Shown here piece after piece: positions 54,326-62,444 of a stretch of 64,000 bases of DNA. Below the pieces are notes generated by a model that had not been told where the DNA came from, did not search any database, and was given only the letters and a program-made list of their open reading frames with translations. The stretch's first letter is position 1, and the number at the start of each line of letters is the position of its first letter. The DNA is from an uncultured Candidatus Poseidoniales archaeon. GTDB lineage: Archaea; Thermoplasmatota; Poseidoniia; Poseidoniales; Thalassarchaeaceae. The stretch lies in assembly GCA_963934015.1 (NCBI GenBank), contig CAWVWT010000003.1:28354-92353 (forward strand), given 5' to 3'. The position numbers and the translations under genes are program-made.

Positions 54326-55081
54326 ATGGGTCGAGCAAAGCATGTCGCGAAACTCGCTCTCGGCCTATTACTATCGGTCCTCACACTCTGGAATCTTCAC
54401 ATCGGCTTCTATCAGATGGGAAGCGGGGAGATGCACAAGCTCGTATTGACGATGGTTTTCAGTGGTGCTTGCAGTGAAGCAGCGATACAGGTCGACCTCA
54501 ACAGCGTCGGAATTTCAGAGTGTCTGCAGCCATTGGGGGCGTGGGAGCCGATTGATGTCGTATTCTTGTCCGTGGGCCTTATCCTGACGTGGACTTCTCT
54601 CCGATCATTGTTTTCTAAACAACAAAAACCTAGTAGGGCTGAGCGCAGAGGTAAGCGCTTCCAGCGACTCGGTATGCTCGTAGCGTTTGTTGGCGTTGCA
54701 GACTTCTTTGGTATGCTGACCGAAAATGGGCAACCTCTCGATGCGGGTGAACTGCTTGGATTCCCGCTGATGGGTGGGATGTCATTGATTTTACTCACCA
54801 TCGCCCTATTCTTGTCATTGATTGGTGGTTCACTGCGTCGAAGGGGCCATCATTTGCCCAGACATGATTCTAGTTCACGCAAATTCATTGGCCCCGCAGA
54901 GCGTCATCTAGGTGGCGATTTCTCGGTGGGTGAACTCCGTCGTGCCCTGATGCTCGATGCCTTCGAAGATCCATTTCAAGTCAGTGCAGACGATAATTGG
55001 GGTGAGAGCATGGGTCGAACCTGTCATTATTGCAATGGGGAAGGCTGCCATCAGTGTGAATTTAGCGGTTCTTTGGGCTGA
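54326..55081 (+). CDS. Membrane protein with C-terminal DnaJ-type CxxCxGxG zinc finger
   Basis: The ATG at 54326 gives MGRAKHVAKLALGLLLSVL. The protein has about 4 TM helices and the C-terminal CHYCNGEGCHQCEFSG. The longer track ORF, which starts at 54218, overlaps the nadB start region. Confidence 0.5.
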   Translation: MGRAKHVAKLALGLLLSVLTLWNLHIGFYQMGSGEMHKLVLTMVFSGACSEAAIQVDLNSVGISECLQPLGAWEPIDVVFLSVGLILTWTSLRSLFSKQQKPSRAERRGKRFQRLGMLVAFVGVADFFGMLTENGQPLDAGELLGFPLMGGMSLILLTIALFLSLIGGSLRRRGHHLPRHDSSSRKFIGPAERHLGGDFSVGELRRALMLDAFEDPFQVSADDNWGESMGRTCHYCNGEGCHQCEFSGSLG

Positions 55082-55222
55082 TAATAAACGTTGTACGGCG
55101 GCTCTGCTGGCTGCTAAAAATCCCACTACCCTCGTGTGCGAGAAGCACAGTGTTTAAGGAGCCCGGAACTACGAGTCCGTGCTAGCGTATATCCTTCGAT
55201 ATATACAAACAGGTGAGATGGG

Positions 55223-58200
55223 ATGTTTCTGAAGGCAATTGAGTTAGAGAATTTTAAGTCGTTCAAAGGTGAGGTGGTCATACCGTATGAATTGGGTTTC
55301 ACGGCGATTACAGGACCCAATGGCAGTGGTAAAAGCAATTGTGGGGATGCCATCCAATTTGTACTAGGCCCCCGCAGTGCCAAGAGCCTGCGTGCCCAGA
55401 ATGTCAAGGATTTGATATTCAATGGCGGTAAGAAGGACAAACCCGCTCGCTCATGCACTGCAACTTTGGTATTCGACAACACAGCGGACGAATCTGGCCA
55501 ACGTCGACTCCGCGTAGATGCCGATGAAGTCCGCTTTACCCGTACTGTCAAACTGAATCGAAAGAATGATTCCGTCAACGGTTACTACCTAAACGAGCGT
55601 AGTTCAACTAGTACGGAATTCCGCAGAATCCTCACTGAAGCGGGGGCCCGAGGGGATGGCTACAACATTGTCCTTCAGGGCGACGTCACACAATTGTCAA
55701 CCATGACCACCCGTGATCGTAGAAAAGTTTTGGACGATGTGGCTGGCGTTACAGCGTATGACGATGAAATCAAGCGCGCAGATAGACAACGGAAGAAGGC
55801 AGAGGAGTATCTTGAACGAATCACTTTGTTAGAAGAGGAACTCAAGGCTCGTTTGAAAACACTCAGCAAGGAACGCGAACAAGCGATGAAATATCGCAAT
55901 CTTGCAGAAGCGCTTGACAATGCCCGAGTCACCGCTATTCATGCACGCCACCGTTCACGTCTAAATGACATTCAGATGATTGCTGATGAACGAACAGGCT
56001 ACCTCACACGTATCGAGGAACTTTCCGAATCCATCCGGAATACTGGTTCGGAACTTTTAGATCTCGATATTGAAATTACTGATATAGAGCGCCAACTCGA
56101 TTCAGTCCTTGGCGACGATGGGAAAGCACTTGGAGAACGCCTCCGTAAATTGCAGGTCGATGTTGAAACTCGCAAAGACCGCATTTCCGATTCAGAGACC
56201 TCAATTGAAGAGGCACAGGACGAGATTCAAGTACTTTCCAAAGAACAATCTAGTGCAAAAGAAGCGCTTGACAAGCACCAAGTGGGGCTTGCAGACGCCC
56301 AAGAAGCGCTGGTCAAGGCTGATACAGATATGATATCTGCAGCAGCAGAAGAAAAAGCAGCACGTGACGCTATTTCAGGAGGCGACCGCGCGACTCACGA
56401 TCTCAATCGAGCCTTTGGTAAGGCGACCGAAGCTGTCACCAAGGCTGACGGGGCACGCGGGGAACTTTCCCTGGAGGCAGATCGAGCCCAAAACCAGGTG
56501 GGGATGGCTGAGGAACGCCTCGCAGAACTTGAAGAATCACTTTCCGACGCCCGCCTCACACGTGATGATTTGCAATTGGTGGGCGAAGATCTCCAAGTTG
56601 CCGAGGGTGAAAATGATCGAAGCCAATTGGCCGAAGAACTCACACGTCTACAACGGCAAGAACGAACGCTGATGGATCAGACTGAGGATGTTGAACGCCA
56701 AGTCCGAGAAGGGGAGCGTTCATTGGCTCGTGCTGAGGGTGAGATGCAAAACAAATCTGGATCGAAAGCAAACCTAGCTCGGGCCGTGTCAGCGATTATG
56801 TCCCTCAAAGATTCGGGTGAATTATCCGGTATCCTCGGTCCACTTGGACAACTGTGTGAGCCCAAGGATGCTGCACATGAGGAAGCTCTGAGCTATGCAC
56901 TCGGTGGTGGGATGAACAGTATCATCGTCCGCGATGATGAAACTGCAGCTACCTGCATCAAGTGGTTACGCGATAATCAAGCAGGGCGTGCAACCTTCCT
57001 ACCCTTGAACAAACTCACCGTCCGTAGACCTGGTGGGAAAGCGGTCATGACAGCCCGTCAAGATGGCGTCGTCGGGTTTGCGTTTGACCTTCTTGAATTT
57101 GATGAGTCGATTGAATCTGCAGTCAAACACTCCGTTCGTGATACACTCATTGTCCGAGATATGGGCACAGCTCGTCGTCACATGGGTGGCGTGCGAATGG
57201 TGACTCTTGATGGCAGTATTACTGAAGCAAGTGGGGCCATGGTCGGCGGTGCGGTTCGCGGGCGCCGCCCACAATTCGGTGGTAACATTACGGGGATGAA
57301 CGCTGTTCAACAGGCTGAAACTGAACTCAGCCGCCTCGAGATACTTTCCGATACTGTGAATGCTGCTCTTGGTGAAGCACGGCAAAACCAGCACCGTCTC
57401 CGAGAACGCATCAACAATCTTGGGGGTGACGATTCCAACCTCAAACTACGGGCGTGGCAGGAAGATATGAAGCGGGCAAATACAGATTTTGAAACCGCCG
57501 GAGACAAGGTCAAGGTGTGCAATTCCCAACTTATTGAAATCAAAAATATCCACCGTAAATCTCAGGATTGTGCAGATGCGGCTACCGAGGCATACGACTC
57601 TGCCGTGGCAGCGCGTCAAATCGCCTCTGATAGTCTGCTTTCATCTTCACCAGATCACCTATCTGAGCGCCTTCGGTCCAGTGATGAATTACGAAACACT
57701 GCAATGCAAGCAAAGATCGATGCAGAGTCGAAACTTGCAACAGGTAATGCAAATACAGAATTATTACAGCACAATGTTAACGAAATTGAGCGCCGCATTT
57801 CTGAGCAATCATCAATTATCGGGAAAGGTGAAGCGCGAATTGAGGAACTCAATACAGAAATTGAGACTCTGAACACAGAACTTTCAACGGTCTCTGAGGC
57901 CCACGAACAAGTTGCCGAAGAACACCGGGAACTCAACGAACGTTCCAAGTCACTCCGCGAAGACCGTGCTGGAATTAAGGCTGCTCTAGAGCAAAATAGT
58001 GCAAAGCGAGAATCCCTGCGCAATCGCTGTGACGAACTGTCACTAGAAATCGAGACCAAGAATCGCCTCTTGGAAGAACTTACCCAAGAGATGGCAACTC
58101 AGAATGTCGAACCCCTCACTGAAGATATTGACTTGCCAAGTGTCGGTGATGCGGAGTCGAGTGTTCGGAACATAGAGCGTCGAATTTCAGGCTTAGGCGA

Positions 58201-59188
58201 TGTGAACATGATGGCTATCGAGCAATATGATGAAGCGGAAGAGCGCCTTGTGCGCATAACTGACGATTCATCAGTCCTACGAAAGCGCCGTACCGATCTC
58301 CTTGAACTCACTGAGAAGCTAGAAGGTGAGCGCAAGTCCAGGTTGACCACGGTGCTGGAAATTGTGTCTGAGAATTTCAAGCGAGTGTACAAACGATTGT
58401 CAGATGGTGGCAATGCCGAGTTACGTCTTGAGAATCCAAAAGATCCTTTTACAGGTGGTCTTGAAATGTGGTGTCAACCACGAGGGAAATCGAGCAAGAG
58501 TAAACTCAGTCTTCTTTCCGGCGGCGAGAAATCGATGGCAGCCTTGGCACTGATTTTTGCCATTCAGGATTATGACCCCAGTCCATTTTACTACTTTGAT
58601 GAAGTAGACCAGAACTTGGATGCATACAATGCCGAACACATCGCTCGTCTCTGTCGTCTTCGCAGCCAACGTGCTCAGTTCATCATGGTCACACTTCGAA
58701 AGGTCAGCCTACAACTTGCAGATCACCACATCGGCATCACGCACGCTGGTGATGGTTGCAGCCGTCGAATTACCGACTTTGACCGTGAACAAGCGATTGA
58801 ACTCGGTGAAGCAGCCGAAGCTGAACTTGCTGCGTCTCTAGCCACTCTTGAGAAGAAGGCAGAATTGACCCGAAATCTCCCCGATCCATCCAATATGGAA
58901 TCTGCTCCCGAGGAATTGCCCGCACCCGCTAGTTTGGGTGGCTCACTACTTGATGCCGAAAGTGAGGTTGAAGTTGAATCCATCGAAGAAGGCCCTGAAA
59001 TCGTTGAAAACAATGGGCCGGATGTCACCATCGTATCACTTGCAGATCGTGCTGCAGATGGCAAGGAAGACATGGACGAGAAACTTGAATGGGAACACGC
59101 AGTTGAAGCGAAAAAGGCCGAGGAGGAGGCGGAATCCGAATCCGTCGACGTGGTTGTAGATGCCCCTGAAGTTGAGGAACAGGAGTGA
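55223..59188 (+). CDS. smc: SMC chromosome segregation ATPase with about 130-aa acidic C-terminal extension
   Basis: Starts MFLKAIELENFKSFKG. Walker A GPNGSGKSN, long coiled coils, a hinge region, signature LSGGEKSMAALALIFAIQ and Walker B FYYFDEVD. After the head domain the protein continues with an E/D/A-rich tail ending EVEEQE. Confidence 0.95.
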   Translation: MFLKAIELENFKSFKGEVVIPYELGFTAITGPNGSGKSNCGDAIQFVLGPRSAKSLRAQNVKDLIFNGGKKDKPARSCTATLVFDNTADESGQRRLRVDADEVRFTRTVKLNRKNDSVNGYYLNERSSTSTEFRRILTEAGARGDGYNIVLQGDVTQLSTMTTRDRRKVLDDVAGVTAYDDEIKRADRQRKKAEEYLERITLLEEELKARLKTLSKEREQAMKYRNLAEALDNARVTAIHARHRSRLNDIQMIADERTGYLTRIEELSESIRNTGSELLDLDIEITDIERQLDSVLGDDGKALGERLRKLQVDVETRKDRISDSETSIEEAQDEIQVLSKEQSSAKEALDKHQVGLADAQEALVKADTDMISAAAEEKAARDAISGGDRATHDLNRAFGKATEAVTKADGARGELSLEADRAQNQVGMAEERLAELEESLSDARLTRDDLQLVGEDLQVAEGENDRSQLAEELTRLQRQERTLMDQTEDVERQVREGERSLARAEGEMQNKSGSKANLARAVSAIMSLKDSGELSGILGPLGQLCEPKDAAHEEALSYALGGGMNSIIVRDDETAATCIKWLRDNQAGRATFLPLNKLTVRRPGGKAVMTARQDGVVGFAFDLLEFDESIESAVKHSVRDTLIVRDMGTARRHMGGVRMVTLDGSITEASGAMVGGAVRGRRPQFGGNITGMNAVQQAETELSRLEILSDTVNAALGEARQNQHRLRERINNLGGDDSNLKLRAWQEDMKRANTDFETAGDKVKVCNSQLIEIKNIHRKSQDCADAATEAYDSAVAARQIASDSLLSSSPDHLSERLRSSDELRNTAMQAKIDAESKLATGNANTELLQHNVNEIERRISEQSSIIGKGEARIEELNTEIETLNTELSTVSEAHEQVAEEHRELNERSKSLREDRAGIKAALEQNSAKRESLRNRCDELSLEIETKNRLLEELTQEMATQNVEPLTEDIDLPSVGDAESSVRNIERRISGLGDVNMMAIEQYDEAEERLVRITDDSSVLRKRRTDLLELTEKLEGERKSRLTTVLEIVSENFKRVYKRLSDGGNAELRLENPKDPFTGGLEMWCQPRGKSSKSKLSLLSGGEKSMAALALIFAIQDYDPSPFYYFDEVDQNLDAYNAEHIARLCRLRSQRAQFIMVTLRKVSLQLADHHIGITHAGDGCSRRITDFDREQAIELGEAAEAELAASLATLEKKAELTRNLPDPSNMESAPEELPAPASLGGSLLDAESEVEVESIEEGPEIVENNGPDVTIVSLADRAADGKEDMDEKLEWEHAVEAKKAEEEAESESVDVVVDAPEVEEQE

Positions 59189-59193
59189 TTTCT

Positions 59194-60204
59194 ATGTCTC
59201 TGCTCGAGACCCGTGATATGCAAGCAACCATCGTCAAGCAATTGCTTGGTGAGCAGGATGAAACCAATCTTGACAAGCATCGGTATATTGACCGTTTGAT
59301 TGAAATCGCAGACTTAGAAAGTGCAGAGCATCAGAGCCTCATCGATCCATTCGACCGCTCAGTTGCATTAGTTTTTCAAATGTTTAGCGATGCAAGTTTG
59401 GATCCCTGGGATGTGGACTTGTCCGTATTCATTGAACAATTCAATCAACGAACAAAGGATGCCGAAAATATAGACTTACCAACTTGTGGTCGCCTGATTC
59501 GGATGGCGTGGCAGGTGTTGCATGGTCAAGCTTCGACACTACTTGAGCGCGCAGAACGCGCCGAAGAAGAATGGGATGAAGACCCGTGGGCCTTGGAAGG
59601 ATGGCAAACAGAATTTGAGGATGAAGAATACAATTTCAGTGTCGGAATCATCACGGGGCAAACAACCGATGTACTCCCCCATCTTCTCGATAGCCGAGTC
59701 AAGCGAGATGAGGGTCGCCCTGTGACACTTGCAGAATTACTGATGTCTTTGCAAGGTGCGCATCAAGATGTCGAAGAACGTCGCATCCGTGAAGCCAGCC
59801 GTGTCAAGCATGCTGCAGAGGTTACTGATTGGATGTCAAATGTAACTACGCGAATGCATAAGGAAGACCTTGAGGATGACATCCGTCGCTGTTGGGAAGC
59901 GATTCGGGCCTCTAGCCCTGAAGGTGCACCAGTTACTCTTGAACAAGTCTCAACAAAACTCGCTGAACATTCAGCAGCAGAAGGGTGGACTTTGACCGAG
60001 GCTGAAGAGGAGGGTCAAGTTACTGGTTTTGTATCGGCTCTTTTCCTCACGCATCGAGGTTATACCGATTTGTGGCAGATGGAATATCCGAGTGGCGATA
60101 TTTTCTTACAAGATAAGTGGCCCAAATTCGATGATTTTGCCGCAGTATCTACTGAGATTGGCATAGGTCCGCGTCAGGCAGATGGGGGTCTCGATGATGA
60201 GTGA
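59194..60204 (+). CDS. scpA: Segregation and condensation protein A (kleisin)
   Basis: It lies immediately downstream of and overlapping smc. An AGGAG Shine-Dalgarno motif lies 8 nt before the ATG at 59194. The N-terminal LDPWDVDLSVFIEQF matches the ScpA pattern. A winged-helix-like C-terminus is present. Confidence 0.8.
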   Translation: MSLLETRDMQATIVKQLLGEQDETNLDKHRYIDRLIEIADLESAEHQSLIDPFDRSVALVFQMFSDASLDPWDVDLSVFIEQFNQRTKDAENIDLPTCGRLIRMAWQVLHGQASTLLERAERAEEEWDEDPWALEGWQTEFEDEEYNFSVGIITGQTTDVLPHLLDSRVKRDEGRPVTLAELLMSLQGAHQDVEERRIREASRVKHAAEVTDWMSNVTTRMHKEDLEDDIRRCWEAIRASSPEGAPVTLEQVSTKLAEHSAAEGWTLTEAEEEGQVTGFVSALFLTHRGYTDLWQMEYPSGDIFLQDKWPKFDDFAAVSTEIGIGPRQADGGLDDE

Positions 60205-60838
60205 CGTCGATCTTCGCACCCTACTTGAGGCCACATTATTCGGGGCAGGTCGCTCGCTATCCATCGAAGAACTTGCCGAATCCATGCAGCAAAATCCAAG
60301 TGAAATCATTACAAATTTAGAATCACTTCAACACACCATGAAACGCCGACCTGGCGGCGCATTGCAATTGACCAGCGTTAGCGGGCGATGGGTCATGGAG
60401 GTCAAACCGAAATTGGCCAATCACATCCCTTCATCGTTCAGGACAGAGGTGCCACAGCGTTTGCTTGCAGCCGCAGCCCTCATCGCCTATCACCAACCAA
60501 TGGCACAGAGCCAACTCGTGGAAATGATTGGTCAGCGTGCCTATGACCATGTACGTGACCTCGCTCATCTTGGATTGATCGACCGTCGACGCGATGGCCT
60601 CTCAAGGCGCTTGACAACAACTCGTCGTTTTGCAGAGATGTTTGGTTGTCCATTTTCCGAATCAAAGAAGGTTCGCAAGTGGTTTCGAGAACATGCTGCA
60701 AAAATGGGTATGGATGGTGCAGAATTGGCAGCAAGCCTTGGCGATGGCGATGATGAGATTCAGGATGCTCCTGAGGTACCAGTCGGCGTAGATTGGGATG
60801 AATCAAGTGCCGAAATTATCGCAGATGAAGAAGAGTGA
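60182..60838 (+). CDS. scpB: Segregation and condensation protein B
   Basis: LRTLLEATLFGAGRSLSIEELAE and LLAAAALIAYHQPMAQSQLVEMIG form tandem winged-helix ScpB signatures. It overlaps scpA. Alternative starts are at 60194 and 60197. Confidence 0.8.
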   Translation: MGVSMMSDVDLRTLLEATLFGAGRSLSIEELAESMQQNPSEIITNLESLQHTMKRRPGGALQLTSVSGRWVMEVKPKLANHIPSSFRTEVPQRLLAAAALIAYHQPMAQSQLVEMIGQRAYDHVRDLAHLGLIDRRRDGLSRRLTTTRRFAEMFGCPFSESKKVRKWFREHAAKMGMDGAELAASLGDGDDEIQDAPEVPVGVDWDESSAEIIADEEE

Positions 60839-62134
60839 CTACCCTTCTCTTAGCATTTTCAAAGCACTCTCGATTGCGGCGGCGGTAATTCGCTCTCCAC
60901 TGGACCGAATCATATCAACTACCACATCGACTTCGTGATCTTCAGCCCCTGCAGTAACAGCCATATTCCTCGCGTGTAGTTTCATGTGACCAGCCTGGAT
61001 ACCAACTGTAGCAAGTGCGCGCAAAGCCCCTAGATTCTGCGCCAACCCGGCTGCTGCCATTACTTTGGCCAAATCATCAGCTGTTCTGGCTCCCATGATG
61101 GCAACATTGGCCTTTGCCACCGGGTGAACTCGCACTGCGCCACCGACCAGCCCGACGGGCATGGGTAACTCGATTGACCCAACCAAATTTCCATCTCCAT
61201 CCTTTTCCCAATGGGTCAAGGACCCGTATGTTCGCCCATAGGCTGCGTAGGAATGTGCCCCTGATTCGATTGCACGCCAATCCTGTCCACAAGCTACACC
61301 AATGGGTGATATGGCATTCATGATGCCTTTGTTGTGTGTTGTAGCGCGAAATGGATCGGCAGCGGCGAAATGGTATGCTTGTAATATACCTTCAATGACT
61401 TCTGCCCCTTGTACCGCATCGCCTGCACTAGACATCTCTACAGGGGTGAATGTAGCACTAACTCGGGCCAAGCGGTGAATTGCCAAATTACTGATGATGC
61501 GGAGAATTACTGTACCCCCTGAAATCACCTCAATCCGTGGGGCAATTGTTTCCGCCATGGTGTTGACTGCATTGGCACCCATTGCATCACGGCAATCAAC
61601 GAGAATGTGTACAATCACCATCGGTCCGGATTGAGTGTCGATGACTCTTACTTCGAGGTCTCTGCAACCCCCACCAAACTTGACTAGAATTGGGTCGACC
61701 TCGTTACATGCAGTAATTAGACTGTCTTTTGCCTCTAAAATGGCATTTTTCGCAGCAAAAGCATCCTCGCAATTCACGATTTGTATTTGCCCAATCATAA
61801 TTGGATCTGTATTGTTTGAGACAAAACCTCCCTTTGCATGGCAACGTTTGGCCATATTACTGGCTGCAGCCACAACTGAGGGTTCTTCGAGAGCGAAGGG
61901 TACGATGTAGTGCTCTCCATCGATGATGAAATTTGTAGCAACACCGACGGGGAGGGCCAATGTGCCGATGACATTCTCGATAATTCGATCGGCAGCAGTC
62001 TCTGAGAGCTCACCTGTTGCAGCGAGTGCATCTATGGCATCTTGTTCCAATCCAGCCAATTCTGCAACCTTCTCTCTACGTTCTTTGACGCTTAATTTGT
62101 AAAATCCCTTCAGGCGACTGTTCTCAACAGGCAT
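60839..62134 (-). CDS. hmgA: Hydroxymethylglutaryl-CoA reductase, class II
   Basis: FYKLSVKERREKV, ENVIGTLALPVGVA, DCRDAMGANAVNT and ELPMPVGLVGGA, with a length of about 430 aa, indicate class II. A GAGGA Shine-Dalgarno motif lies 6 nt before the ATG at 62134. A TTG at 62140 is also open. Confidence 0.9.
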   Translation of the reverse strand: MPVENSRLKGFYKLSVKERREKVAELAGLEQDAIDALAATGELSETAADRIIENVIGTLALPVGVATNFIIDGEHYIVPFALEEPSVVAAASNMAKRCHAKGGFVSNNTDPIMIGQIQIVNCEDAFAAKNAILEAKDSLITACNEVDPILVKFGGGCRDLEVRVIDTQSGPMVIVHILVDCRDAMGANAVNTMAETIAPRIEVISGGTVILRIISNLAIHRLARVSATFTPVEMSSAGDAVQGAEVIEGILQAYHFAAADPFRATTHNKGIMNAISPIGVACGQDWRAIESGAHSYAAYGRTYGSLTHWEKDGDGNLVGSIELPMPVGLVGGAVRVHPVAKANVAIMGARTADDLAKVMAAAGLAQNLGALRALATVGIQAGHMKLHARNMAVTAGAEDHEVDVVVDMIRSSGERITAAAIESALKMLREG

Positions 62135-62243
62135 ACACAATCCTCGTTACACTCCTTCCATTCGATGTCCTAAAGGGTTGCGAATAGGTCAGTTCCAAAC
62201 CCCGTGTTTTTGATAGAAATCGCCTATGTGTGTTTAGGGTGAA

Positions 62244-62412
62244 GCGTTAACAAAGCGTTACTAACGCTTAGCACGCGTTAACAATGCGTTAACAATGCGT
62301 TAATATGATACAATAAGTACCAAAAAAAATAACAACTCAAGTCTGAAATGCCATTCGGTGTACCCTTGAACGCTTCCAAATCGAATTCTGAATGTGTTAG
62401 ACTCGCGTTAAC
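62244..62412. promoter_or_regulatory. Array of GCGTTAAC-like boxes (candidate operator sites) in the hmgA / 62445-ORF divergent intergenic region
   Basis: GCGTTA(A/C) boxes start at 62244, 62255, 62275, 62286, 62297 and 62405. The perfect 15-nt palindrome AGCGTTACTAACGCT lies at 62254-62268. GCGTTAACAAT is tandemly repeated at 62275-62307. Spacing is 11 bp (20 bp for one gap). Confidence 0.5.
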
Positions 62413-62444
62413 TTGTTAAACCCAAGTAAAGTTCGCTGACCCAG

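Noticed and set aside
58723-59280. 185-aa minus-strand ORF over the 3' end of smc
   Set aside because: It is the antisense of the acidic SMC tail, giving an S-rich artefact (SSSAFFASTACSHSSFSS...). No supporting motif.
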